Translations under genes and position numbers: made by a program
Shown here: piece after piece, positions 54,378 through 64,000 of the stretch
Layout: the number at the start of each line of letters is the position of its first letter
How positions within the stretch are numbered: position 1 is the stretch's first letter
From: Candidatus Kapaibacterium sp.
GTDB taxonomy: Bacteria; Bacteroidota; Ignavibacteria; Kapaibacteriales; NICIL-2
Reading direction: 5' to 3'
Length of the DNA: 64,000 nt
NCBI GenBank assembly: GCA_026003475.1
Contig: BPHJ01000001.1
Coordinates: forward strand, 1,922,098 to 1,986,097
The notes under the pieces: generated by a model
Databases searched by the model: none
Seen by the model: the letters and a program-made list of their open reading frames with translations, nothing else
Told to the model about the DNA's origin: nothing

Positions 54378-56031
54378 ATGTCCGAATGGGAATGGCTCGC
54401 CCATGGGCCCGAAGGGCAGTTTCTGGAGCGCAAGAGCTGCTATGAGCGACGCTCGGGCGCTCCGCAACCGCGCCCCATCAAAGATGTGGTGAGGGATATC
54501 GCCGAAACCTTGGCGGCGATGGCGAATGCCGAAGGAGGTACGCTTGCGCTCGGCATCGAAAACGATGGCGCCGTCTCCGGCATTCCGGAGCGATACGACC
54601 TTGAACGAATCAGCCAGCAGATTAAAGGCGCAACTCGCCCGCCCCTGAGCGTTCAGGTTCGCGAAATCACCCTGGAAGGGAAGCGCGTGTGGGTCTTCGA
54701 GACCGACTGGAGCCCGCAGGTGCATCAGCTCAGCGATGGACGCTACCTTTACCGTCACAATGACCAGAACCTGCCCTTTCCCGGCCACGGACATTGAGGC
54801 GCATCAAGAAGCGCCCGCCGTAGGCTGATCTGGGAAGATCGGACTCCCTGTCCCCGAGGCCACCCTGGCGGATCTCGACACCGATCTGGTGCGCAGAAGT
54901 CGTCGGAGCGCGTAGGACTGGACCTGTCGGTCGAGGAAGCGCTCCTGCATTACCGTCTGGCCGAGAAGCGCAATGGGCGTCTGCTTCTTGCGCCGGGCTC
55001 GGCCCTGCTGCTCTTCGGCCGCGATCCTTCTCCGCTGGCACCAACGCTGCGGCATTGACTTCGCCATATGGGAAGGAACAGAACGGCGCACGGGAACAGC
55101 ATTCAACATCCGCAAACGCATTCGGATAGAGGATCTCCCCCTGGTGCGGCTGGTAGAGGAAGCCTGCAGGACCATCCAGCCGTATCTGCCCGAGCGGCAG
55201 ACGCTGGTGGATCTCTTCTTTGAAGAGCGCCTGGTCTATCCCACCTTTGCTTGGCAGGAAGCCATCGTCAACGCCATCGCGCACCGGGATTACGCTCTGG
55301 AAGGGATCGGCATCGAAGTGGACCTCTTCGATGATCGTCTGGAGGTGCGTAGTCCCGGAGAGCTGGTGCCACCGGTGACCCTGGAGCGGCTGCGGAATCG
55401 GGAGAAAGTGCACGCTTCGCGCAACCCGCGCATCGTCCGCGTCTTGACCGATTTGGGTTACATGCGGGAGCGCGGCGAGGGCATTCCGCGCATGTTCGAG
55501 GTCATGGAGCGCGAGGGTCTCCATCCACCCGCGCTGGCAATTGAAGGCGGCTGCTTCGTCGTCACACTTGGCCGCACGCCAATCTACCGACCGCAAACGA
55601 TGCACTGGCTTCAGCGCTACGACGGGCAAGGCCTCAGTCGGAACCAGTTGCGCCTGCTTGCCTATGCCTATGAGCACGGAGGACGCTTCACCAGCCGGGC
55701 CTATCAGAAGCTGGTTGGGGTGGATATCTACACGGCCAGTCGTGACATTAAGGACCTCATGCGCCGGAACCTTGTGCGGCTTCCCCGTCCCCGTGGGCGG
55801 GTTTATGAGATCATCACGGAACCTGAGAAGGTGCCTCGGCAAAAGCCACCAGAACTCCTCGCCCTGGAGCCGATCCTGCGGGAGAAGGGTTTTATCAAGA
55901 ACGAGGATGTCCGACAGGTTTTAGGCGTCAACGATATAAAAGCAAGGAAGGTCGTCCAAAAGCTGGTTGCCCTGGGATGGCTCATGCCCAAAGGAGAGAA
56001 GCGAGGGAGACATTATGTCCTGGCCGGCTGA
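54378..56031 (+). pseudogene. AlbA_2/Schlafen + HATPase_c_4 (RecG-C-like) + wHTH protein, frameshifted around 54780-55035
   Basis: EGQFLERK...AMANAEGG in the first ORF; EAIVNAIAHRDY, SRNPRI, GEGIPRM in ORF 54973..56031. Confidence 0.8.
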
Positions 56032-56884
56032 CCTATCAACCGTTCTTACGGCATTATCGACCCGTCTCCGTAAATTTGCTTCAATGCGAGAGTGGTTGAT
56101 ATTGCCAGCCAGTAGAAAGGATCTCAGCAATGTCTCGGCGCTTTCTGATTGATTCCACCGTCCCTAACACGATGCCGTGAGCTCGACACGCTTCCTGATT
56201 GAATCCACCTTCCCCCTCCAGGAACTCTCCGCCGAAGCCCGGCGCGAAAAAGCCATCCGCCACGGGCATATCTCCACGCTCCACGTGTGGTGGGCGCGCC
56301 GACCGCTCGTGACCGCTCGCGCCGCCGTGCTCGGCGCCTTGCTCACCGACGAAGCGGAAGTGGACGACAGGTTCATCGCTAACATCTGCCAGTGGGAGAT
56401 CCACGACGGCGACGTCGCCGGACGCTACCTGCTCGAGCAAGCGCGGGCGCTCATCCGCCAACGCTTCGGCCAGTCGCCCCCGAAGGTGCTCGATTCCTTC
56501 GGTGGTGGCGGCTCGATCCCGCTGGAAGCCCTGCGCCTGGGCGCTCAAAGCTACGCCGTGGACTACAACCCCGTGGCGTACCTCATCCTCAAGGCAACCA
56601 TCGAGTATCCCCAGCGCTACGGGCAAAAGCTCGTGAGCGAGGTGAAACGCTGGGGCGAATGGGTGCTGGAACAAGCCCGCCGGGAGCTGGCCGCGTTCTA
56701 CCCCGCCGTGGGCGGCGAAACGCCCATCGCCTACATCTGGAGCCGCACGATTCGCTGTCCGAATCCTGCCTGCGGCGCCGAAATCCCGCTCTTCCGCCAG
56801 TTCTGGCTCGCCCGCAAGGACAACAAGAAGGTGGCGCTCCGGCCCATCCCCAACCGCGCGCAAAAACGGGTGGATTTCCAGATC

Positions 56885-56911
56885 GTAGGGGCGCACGGCG
56901 GTGCGCCCTTC
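56885..56911. repeat. GTAG-type REP-like palindrome, in frame in DUF1156
   Basis: GTAGGGGCGCACGGCGGTGCGCCCTTC. Confidence 0.7.
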
Positions 56912-57148
56912 CCGCCGGGTTTCGACCCCGCCCAGGGCACGGTCTCCCGCGGCAACGCCGTGTGCCTGGTCTGCAACACCAGCGTGAAGGACGACTACGT
57001 GAAAGCCGAAGCCCAGGCCGGGCGCATGGGGCATCGTTTGGTGGCGGTGGTCACCACCCGCGGGCGCGGGCAGGGGCGCAACTACCGCCTGGCGACCGAA
57101 GCAGACCTCGCCGCCTTCCGCCAGGCCGAATCTGCCCTGCAACATCTG

Positions 57149-57176
57149 GTAGGGGCGAACGGCCGTTCGCCCCTAC
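57149..57176. repeat. GTAG-type REP-like perfect 28-bp palindrome, in frame in DUF1156
   Basis: GTAGGGGCGAACGG|CCGTTCGCCCCTAC. Confidence 0.85.
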
Positions 57177-58998
57177 AACCTTCCCCCTGGCCCTTCAACC
57201 TCCCCTGGGTGCCGGAGGAACCATCGCCAGGCACAATCGGGTCCGGTCCCGGTAAGCGTCCCAGCTACGGAATGACCACGTGGGGGAAGTTCTTCAACCC
57301 CCGCCAGCTCTTGGCGCTTTGCACCTTTGGCAAGTGGGTGCGGGCGGCGCACCGCGAAATCCTCCGCCAGACCCACGACCCCGACTTCGCTAAAGCCGTG
57401 GCGACGTATCTGGGATTGGCGATCGGCAATCTGCAAAACTACACTTGTGTCTCTCTGGTTGGGACAACGTGGAGAAAGATGTGGAACAGCTTTCTCGGGA
57501 CATCACCTGCATATGCGTGGGATCTATGCGGAAGCGAACTCTTAGCGTGCCACTGGTAGCTGGAAGTCATCCTTGGAGCGAATTGTTGCTGTTTGCCTCA
57601 GCCGCGAATCCCGGATTCCGCAGGTCGGCGCTGCCCATCACGGCTCGGCGGCGGCGCTGCCCTTCCCCGACAAGCATTTCGACGCCGTGGTGATTGACCC
57701 GCCCTATGCCGATAATGTGCCCTACGCCGACCTTTCGGACTTCTTCTATGTGTGGCTGCGGCGCACCGTGGGCGACCTCTACCCCGAAGCCTTCGGCACG
57801 CCGCTCGTGCCCAAGGACGAAGAAGCCGTCGTCAACCCGGCGCGCTTCGGCGGCAGAAAAGAGGGCGAGCGAATCGCCCAGGCCCACTACCAGCGGCTGA
57901 TGCAGCAGTCCTTTGAGGAGATTTACCGCGTGCTCAAGCCCGAAGGCATGGCGGTGGTGATGTTCACCCATCGCTCCACCGCAGCGTGGGAAAGCCTCAT
58001 CCGGAGCCTGCTGGACGCCGGGCTGTACCCCACCGCCTCCTGGCCGGTGCACACGGAGATGGAAGCCTCCACGCACCAGCGGGGCAAGGGCGCCATCCAG
58101 AGCACCATCCTGATGGCTTGCCGGCGGCGTCCGGAGAACGCCGGCGTCGGCTGGTACGCCCAGGTGCGGGCGGAGCTGGAGCGGGTCGTCCCCGAACGCT
58201 TGCGGGAGTTCTGGCAGGCGGGCATCCGCGGGGCGGATTTTTTTATCTCCGCCATCGGACCGGCGGTGGGCGTCTTCGGGCGCTATCGCAAGGTGATGCG
58301 CCCGGATGGGGTGGAGGTCACGGTGGGCGATCTGCTGGAGGAGACGCGGGCGATTGTCACGGCGTTTGCGCTGGAGCAGTTGGGGCTGGCGCGGTTGGAC
58401 AAGCCGACGCGGTTCTACGTACTCTACCGTTGGGCTTACGGTGGGGAGGAGCTCTCCTTCGACGAGGCGAACAAGCTCGCCAAGAGCGTCGGCGCGGATT
58501 TGGACGAGCTGGCGGCGGAGCACCGGCTTATCGAGCGGAAAGGCGAACGGGTGCGAGTTCCGATTTTTGCCAAGCGTCTCGGTAGCGAGGCATTTCTAAA
58601 AGCGCTCCAAACTGCGTTCGACGAGGGACGCTTGGGGCAGATGGCGGAAATTGATCACGTGCATTTGCTCTTGCATCTGTGGAGCAAGAGCGATGTCGAG
58701 GCACTTGCTGCAGTGCTGGGTCGGGCGGGTGTTCTGGCGGAGGAGCATCCGCTCTGGCGGACGGCGCAGGCGCTGTTGGAGGTCGAGCAAAGCGCTGGCG
58801 GCGAGGTAGCCGAGGAAGCAACGGCGTTGGCACAGCTTCTGGGCAGCAAGCGGAGTCTGCTCCGTGGAGTTGCGGCAGTGCAGGACAGCGGCCGGCAGTT
58901 TCGGCTGTTCGGATGATTCGAGCAGGTGCTCCCAGCGCTCGTGGAGCGGCAGGTAGCGCGCAGTGGTAACGTTCACATCATCGTGGAGGTAGAAGCTG

Positions 58999-61626
58999 AT
59001 GGGATTGCGAGGAGTCAAGTCGGTCTGGGAGATCTGCGAACCGCATCGGGATGTGTTTTCGCGGGACCTGGACCCATCGCTGTTCGCGATAAGTCTGCAC
59101 CATGTGGCTTGTGGCGACGGCGATCGTGACTACACGGACGCAGAGCGATTCTTTTCGCGCACGTTCATGACGCGAGCGCTGGAGAATTTGCTCGAGCGTG
59201 TCATTGGGCGGCTTGCGGGGCGGGGAAGTGGTGCGCCGATTTTGCGGCTGGAGACTGCATTCGGCGGTGGCAAGACCCACACGATGACGGCGCTCTTGCA
59301 CATTGCGCGTTCGCCGGAGGTGCTTGGTTCGCACGAAGCGATCCAGCCGATTCTGGAGCGGTTAGGGCTACGTGCGTTGCCGGGCGATATCCGGGTTGCT
59401 GTCCTCGATGGGCGTGGTCTGAACGTCCGCGGGCGCAGCATCGAGGGTGGGCTGACGGTCAAGACGCTCTGGGGCGAGCTGGCCTACCAGGTGGGCGGGC
59501 GCGACGGGTACGCGATGCTTGCAGATGCCGACCAGACGTGCACATCGCCCGGGGCGGGACGCTTGACGGAGTTTCTCAAGCGTTACCAGCCGGTTCTTGT
59601 GCTGATGGACGAAGTGCTCGAGTACCTCATCAAGGCGCGGGCGGTGAAGGTGGGCGATAGCAGCCTGATGGAGCAGACCGGGACGTTCTTGGGAGATCTG
59701 ACCGCTGCGGTGAGTGCAGTGCCACAGGGTGTACTGACAGTTTCGCTGCCAGCTTCTTCATTGGAAGTCCCAACGGAAAGCAAGGATGATGCAGAACGGT
59801 TCTTTCAGTTTGCCAAGAAGATATTCGGGCGAGTGGAGCTGGTGGAAACGCCGGTGGCAGAGGATGAAGTTTTCGGTGTGTTGCGGCGGCGGCTCTTTCA
59901 GAGCGTTGGCACTGAGCGTGATGCCAAAAAAGCAGTGGACCTTCTGCGCAACTACTACGACAGGTACGCCCACGCATTTCCGGATCGTGTGCTTTCGCCG
60001 GATTACAAGGAGCGGATGCTCCGGGCGTATCCATTCCATCCCGAAGTTGTGGACTTGCTCTACGAGCGTTGGGGGCCGCACCCGCAGTTTCAGCGCACGC
60101 GTGGCGCGTTGCGGCTGTTGGCGCTTGTGATACGGAATCTCTGGACGCGGCGACCAGGCTCAGCGTTCATGATTCAGCCGCACCACATTGCGCTCAGTGA
60201 TCGCTACATCCGTGGGGAGATCGTGCGGTTGCTCGATAGTAGCTGGGAGTCAATCGTCACCGGCGATGTGCTCGATCGCGCAGCGAAGCTCGAGCAGGAG
60301 TTGGGCGGCGATTACATGAAGGAGCAATTGGGCGTGGGAGCGGCGACGTGCGCGTTTCTCTACAGCATTTCGGCTGGGATGCAGCATTCTGGAGCGACGG
60401 AGGAGGAAATTCGGATGGCGCTCCTGCGGCCGGATATCAATCCTGCGATGGCGACGGAGGTGTTGGGACGCATGCGGGAGCAGCTGTGGTATTTGCGCTA
60501 TCGGGATCGCCGCTATCTGTTCAGCGCGCGGCCGAATTTGAACAAGGTCATCCTCGATTTCGAAGGCCAGATTTCCGACGACTCGGTGACCGAGGCGTTG
60601 GAGCGTCGGCTGGGTACGGTTGCTGGGCGTGGCATGGACATATTCCAGATGGTGATAGCGCCCGAGTCGCCGGAGAATGTGCCGGATCGAGCGCAACCAA
60701 CGCTGGTGTTGCTTCCGCTTGAGGTGGAAGATCCGCTCCAGTGGATGAAGCGAGCGATGCAATCGGCAGCCGACCGCATTCGGGCAAATCGGAACATGCT
60801 GATTTTCGTTGTGCCGGAGAGCGCGAAAGTAGAAGCGCTTCGTTCGGTGGTGCGGCGCTTAGTGGCACTCGAGCAGGTTGCTGCGTCGCCGTCGTTCCGT
60901 GAGATGGATCGGGAAGATCAGTTGCAAGTGAAGGAGCAGCTCAAGGACAAGGAAGCCGAGCTCGAAGGGCAGCTGCGCCAGGTGTATCGGCGGGTATTCA
61001 GGCCTGGGGATCCTGAACCTGTGGAGATTCGGGGGAGCAATCCCGATGCAATCAAGGCAACGGCGCTCGATGAATTCGTCAAGGGAACGCTCGACCAAGC
61101 AGGGGTACTCTTCGAGCGTTTGGCGCCCGAGTATCTGGCCGAGACGCTGCGGCTGGATGAAGAGCGTCCAGTACCGCTGTCGCAGGTAAGCAACTTGCTC
61201 ACGGGTGTTGTCGGTCAGCCGGTGGTGGCCAATCCTGCAGGCGCGGTGCAGGATGCGATACGGAAGGGTGTGCAGGAGGGCCTTTTCGCGGTACGCGTCG
61301 CTGATCGCCTCTATCACCGCGAGGAAGTTCCGCCAGATGTGCTCAATCGGAATGATGTTGTGTTGGTTCGTGCGACAGAGCAGGTGGCGACGCCGCCGCC
61401 AGTGGAACGTCGGCAGCTCCAGCTGCGGGTGAGGACAAGTGCAACGCAGCTCTATCCACTCCTGTTGGCGGCAAAGGAGAACTTCTCCAAGCTGACGGAG
61501 GCCTCGCTGACAGTAGAGGTGGACGATCCGACGGGGGAGCTATCGGACGCGCGTGAGCAGCTCGATCGGCTCTTGCGGCAGTATGGTTGCACGGTGGAGT
61601 GGATTGAGAATGGTCCCTCAAGCTGA
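58999..61626 (+). CDS. DUF499 AAA+ ATPase
   Basis: LETAFGGGKTH, TLWGELAYQ, LMDE, AYPFHP, FQRTRGALRLLA. Confidence 0.9.
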   Translation: MGLRGVKSVWEICEPHRDVFSRDLDPSLFAISLHHVACGDGDRDYTDAERFFSRTFMTRALENLLERVIGRLAGRGSGAPILRLETAFGGGKTHTMTALLHIARSPEVLGSHEAIQPILERLGLRALPGDIRVAVLDGRGLNVRGRSIEGGLTVKTLWGELAYQVGGRDGYAMLADADQTCTSPGAGRLTEFLKRYQPVLVLMDEVLEYLIKARAVKVGDSSLMEQTGTFLGDLTAAVSAVPQGVLTVSLPASSLEVPTESKDDAERFFQFAKKIFGRVELVETPVAEDEVFGVLRRRLFQSVGTERDAKKAVDLLRNYYDRYAHAFPDRVLSPDYKERMLRAYPFHPEVVDLLYERWGPHPQFQRTRGALRLLALVIRNLWTRRPGSAFMIQPHHIALSDRYIRGEIVRLLDSSWESIVTGDVLDRAAKLEQELGGDYMKEQLGVGAATCAFLYSISAGMQHSGATEEEIRMALLRPDINPAMATEVLGRMREQLWYLRYRDRRYLFSARPNLNKVILDFEGQISDDSVTEALERRLGTVAGRGMDIFQMVIAPESPENVPDRAQPTLVLLPLEVEDPLQWMKRAMQSAADRIRANRNMLIFVVPESAKVEALRSVVRRLVALEQVAASPSFREMDREDQLQVKEQLKDKEAELEGQLRQVYRRVFRPGDPEPVEIRGSNPDAIKATALDEFVKGTLDQAGVLFERLAPEYLAETLRLDEERPVPLSQVSNLLTGVVGQPVVANPAGAVQDAIRKGVQEGLFAVRVADRLYHREEVPPDVLNRNDVVLVRATEQVATPPPVERRQLQLRVRTSATQLYPLLLAAKENFSKLTEASLTVEVDDPTGELSDAREQLDRLLRQYGCTVEWIENGPSS

Positions 61627-61935
61627 GCTAATCTCGGGAAATTGCGCCTGTGAACGCGACGTGTGGTCTATCAGTACAATGGGCGGATATGGTCTCGTTG
61701 GCTCAACGGATGCGCCTTTGCTCGCTGTCGTTGCCAAACAGTGCTCACAGACGGGGGCATTGTTTTTTCACATGTGATGATTATCTTTGCTCAGAGTGGC
61801 GTGCGCACCAATCGTAGGGCATGATGTTCAAAGCAAGCAGCCATGATGGCTGCAACGTGGTAGCTTCTCTTCGCCGAAGGAACGACGTGTGGGTGATGGT
61901 GATCTCCACCAGGCAGCCACGTGAAGTATGGCGCC

Positions 61936-62066
61936 GTCTAACAACCGGTTGCAGCGGACGGCGCTGCGCTGCTCGTGGAAGCGGGCGCGATTTGCAAAGG
62001 AAGTAGCGGGTTGGCCGTGGTGGTGTCTTGCAGTCGCCGCCGCTGCCGCTGAGCCACACGTTAGGC
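61936..62066 (+). mobile_element. Integron attC recombination site
   Basis: R'' GTCTAAC, L'' TTGCAGCGGACGGC, L' GCCGCTGAG, R' GTTAGGC; 131 bp. Confidence 0.8.
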
Positions 62067-62121
62067 CTCCTCAGGCAACCATGCGTAATACGACGACACT
62101 TGTGAGGACGAGAGACTAAGC

Positions 62122-62403
62122 ATGGCTACACAGCGTTATTCGGTAACGCCGCATCCTATCGAAACCATCTTGACGTGGGTCAAGTCGGGCGAGATCGCCA
62201 TCCCGGAGATTCAGCGCCCGTTTGTATGGGAGGCAACCAAGGTTCGTAACCTACTCGACTCGCTCTACCATGGTTATCCGGTCGGCTACCTCATTGCCTG
62301 GCGAAACCCCACTGTCAAGCTAAAGGACGGCACCCCGTCGGCCGGCAAGCGGATCCTGATCGACGGCCAGCAGCGTGTCACCGCGCTCGGTCGAGTGGAT
62401 TGA
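62122..62403 (+). pseudogene. Truncated DUF262 (GmrS-like/ParB-like) gene
   Basis: [33 protein letters not shown], then abrupt end. Confidence 0.85.
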
Positions 62404-62422
62404 GAATGGCGCTTCTGAGTAG
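62390..62422 (+). pseudogene. Orphan 3' end of a DUF499 gene ([10 protein letters not shown])
   Basis: 17-bp identity GAGTGGATTGAGAATGG with 61597-61613; stop at the equivalent codon. Confidence 0.7.
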
Positions 62423-62588
62423 GCGGGGGTGTGGAGCGCAAGGTGCGTGTGCATCGGCAGCCAGGCCCAGCTCGATACTTCATTCGATTGATGAGGTAAG
62501 GCTTGAGTAGATGAACAATTGATGTGGGGTATCTTTGAGCAGGTACTAACTTTGTACAGGAGTTGATGTCCCACGTTGAGGGCTAACA

Positions 62589-63113
62589 ATGGTTGCAGAC
62601 AAGGAACTCTTCACAGAAAGAGTAAGTGCAGGCGATCGAGCGTTCTTTTTTGACGTAAGGGAAAGCATCAAAGGAAGTAAGTACTTGGTCATTAGTGAGT
62701 CGAGAAAAGAACGTGGTACGTATGTACATAGTCGGGTGATGATTTTCCCAGTGAATTTGGAAGCATTCGTCGAAGGCTTCCATAAGGCACTTCGATTCCT
62801 GGACGTAGCGAAAACGAGGGCAGCATCCCACAGCATCGAGAACATCCGACAGAAATACCCCAAAGCGTACACGCGCTGGTCACCTGAGGAAGATCAGAAG
62901 TTGATACTCAATCATCAGTCAGGCATGAGCGTAGTGGCATTAGCTCAGCTTTTCCAGCGACAACCGAGCGCGATTCGATCCCGCCTGGTGAAACTCGGAT
63001 TGCTGCCAAGAAGGACTCGCCCCCCACACACACACAAGCAAAAAGTAACCCACTGCGTCATGGCGGAGCAGTGGGTAATCCTTCCACCTGCGGTCGATGA
63101 GCGCCCGCTTTAG
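62589..63113 (+). CDS. DUF3276/PUR-repeat nucleic-acid-binding domain fused to a C-terminal HTH-like domain
   Basis: RAFFFDVRES..GSKYLVISESRK; WSPEEDQKL...RQPSAIRSRL. Confidence 0.7.
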   Translation: MVADKELFTERVSAGDRAFFFDVRESIKGSKYLVISESRKERGTYVHSRVMIFPVNLEAFVEGFHKALRFLDVAKTRAASHSIENIRQKYPKAYTRWSPEEDQKLILNHQSGMSVVALAQLFQRQPSAIRSRLVKLGLLPRRTRPPHTHKQKVTHCVMAEQWVILPPAVDERPL

Positions 63114-64000
63114 CGCAGCACCTGCAGCATCCGCCGTTCGAGCCGGTTCTTACTCCGTACTTCAACGATGTAGGTGCCGCTCGAAAGCGTCTGCAGGTCT
63201 AACCACCCAACAGTCCCCCTTACCAACATGGGAATAGGCTGCACCCGACCGTAGAGGTCGTAGAGTCTGATAGCCTCAATCGGGTAGTCATCCCCTGTAT
63301 GAACCGATACCGCATCCTGCGCTGGGTTGGGTGCAAGAGTAAGAGGAACGCTCTCTGCAGTAGGTGGCACACTAAGCGTAATTAAACGGCAATCGACAAA
63401 GGGTGTAGAAGTAGGCTCGAGATTGCACCAACAGGTAACACGATAGGCATATAATGAGTCGGGAGTATATGACTCCGATACCATTAGCCAAATTGCGGTT
63501 CCTGTCGGCGTGCTTATCGTCGAAGATAAGTTTGGATTTGCACGGCCGCCAAAAAGCAGGACACGCTCAATATTATTCCTACGAATGAACCAACGAATGA
63601 AGTCAAATGCAGGTTGCTGGCGGAAACGTTCCATCGCCTCGGTACTGTTGACCCATCCACTGGCAAATGGTGCAGCGCGGAAGTAAAGCCCGATGTTGTC
63701 AGTGGTATCACCAAGTGGGAAAGTTGTACCATTGTAGCCTTGATCAAGTCCTTGAACCAATACTGCCACGTTACCAGTATCCACTGGAAAAACATATACC
63801 CACGCAGTGGCCACACCATTGGTATCTACCCCGTTATCTTGGGGGGCGACAAGGCAGGGCTCCAGGGTTGTTCCTGCCGTTGATTTGGCAAATTCAAGAC
63901 CGTCTCGTGCTGCGAAGGGATAGGTTCCTCGTTGGATTATCTCAGTGCCGCAGCCATAGGCGGTCCCATCGCTCGTACAGTAACAGTTCAGCGCACTGGT
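63110..64000 (-). CDS. T9SS type A sorting-domain protein, start beyond right edge
   Basis: Frame stays open from 64000; C-terminal LAPNPA...LYDLYGR...LSSGTYIV. Confidence 0.8.
   Translation of the reverse strand, partial: TSALNCYCTSDGTAYGCGTEIIQRGTYPFAARDGLEFAKSTAGTTLEPCLVAPQDNGVDTNGVATAWVYVFPVDTGNVAVLVQGLDQGYNGTTFPLGDTTDNIGLYFRAAPFASGWVNSTEAMERFRQQPAFDFIRWFIRRNNIERVLLFGGRANPNLSSTISTPTGTAIWLMVSESYTPDSLYAYRVTCWCNLEPTSTPFVDCRLITLSVPPTAESVPLTLAPNPAQDAVSVHTGDDYPIEAIRLYDLYGRVQPIPMLVRGTVGWLDLQTLSSGTYIVEVRSKNRLERRMLQVLR

Larger units (their letters stand above)
56177..58916 (+). pseudogene. DUF1156 adenine methyltransferase, frameshifted around 57445-57600
   Basis: LHVWWARRPL, DSFGGGGSIPLEA in ORF 56177..57559; IDPPYADN in ORF 57573..58916; breaks may be assembly errors. 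Confidence 0.85.

Noticed and set aside
62581-62590. GGCTAAC as a second attC R'' box (also at about 49563)
   Set aside because: No matching L boxes or GTTRRRY partner seen at a suitable distance.

Overview
64-kb window from a GC-rich bacterium, probably a Bacteroidota/Chlorobiota relative (inferred from T9SS-type C-terminal domains, a TonB receptor and a DUF3276-like gene). Bases 1-31.2 kb are housekeeping: prfB with its programmed frameshift, lnt, purK, mutY, dnaK, flhA, rpmH-rnpA, and transport/outer-membrane genes. Bases 31.4-63 kb are a defence island with a degenerate HsdM-like gene, a DISARM-like block (SNF2 helicase, Eco57I/MmeI-type N6-MTase, helicase-DUF1998-nuclease) lying between hsdM and hsdR remnants, a SNF2/DUF1156/DUF499 restriction-like block, and a lone integron attC. 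The most unusual signal is a family of 7-bp tandem arrays (GCGAAT[A/G] and its inverse) confined to the DISARM-like block. Paired inverted arrays form three in-frame inserts (75, 483, 192 bp) in the MTase. The 483-bp one carries a complete four-helix-bundle (23S-IVS protein/Avd-like) gene nested in the +1 frame while the host frame stays open. The island also keeps several displaced orphan 3' gene ends (MTase x2, helicase, DUF499), which suggests repeated C-terminal swapping with cargo capture. All family assignments come from motif recognition by eye, not database searches.
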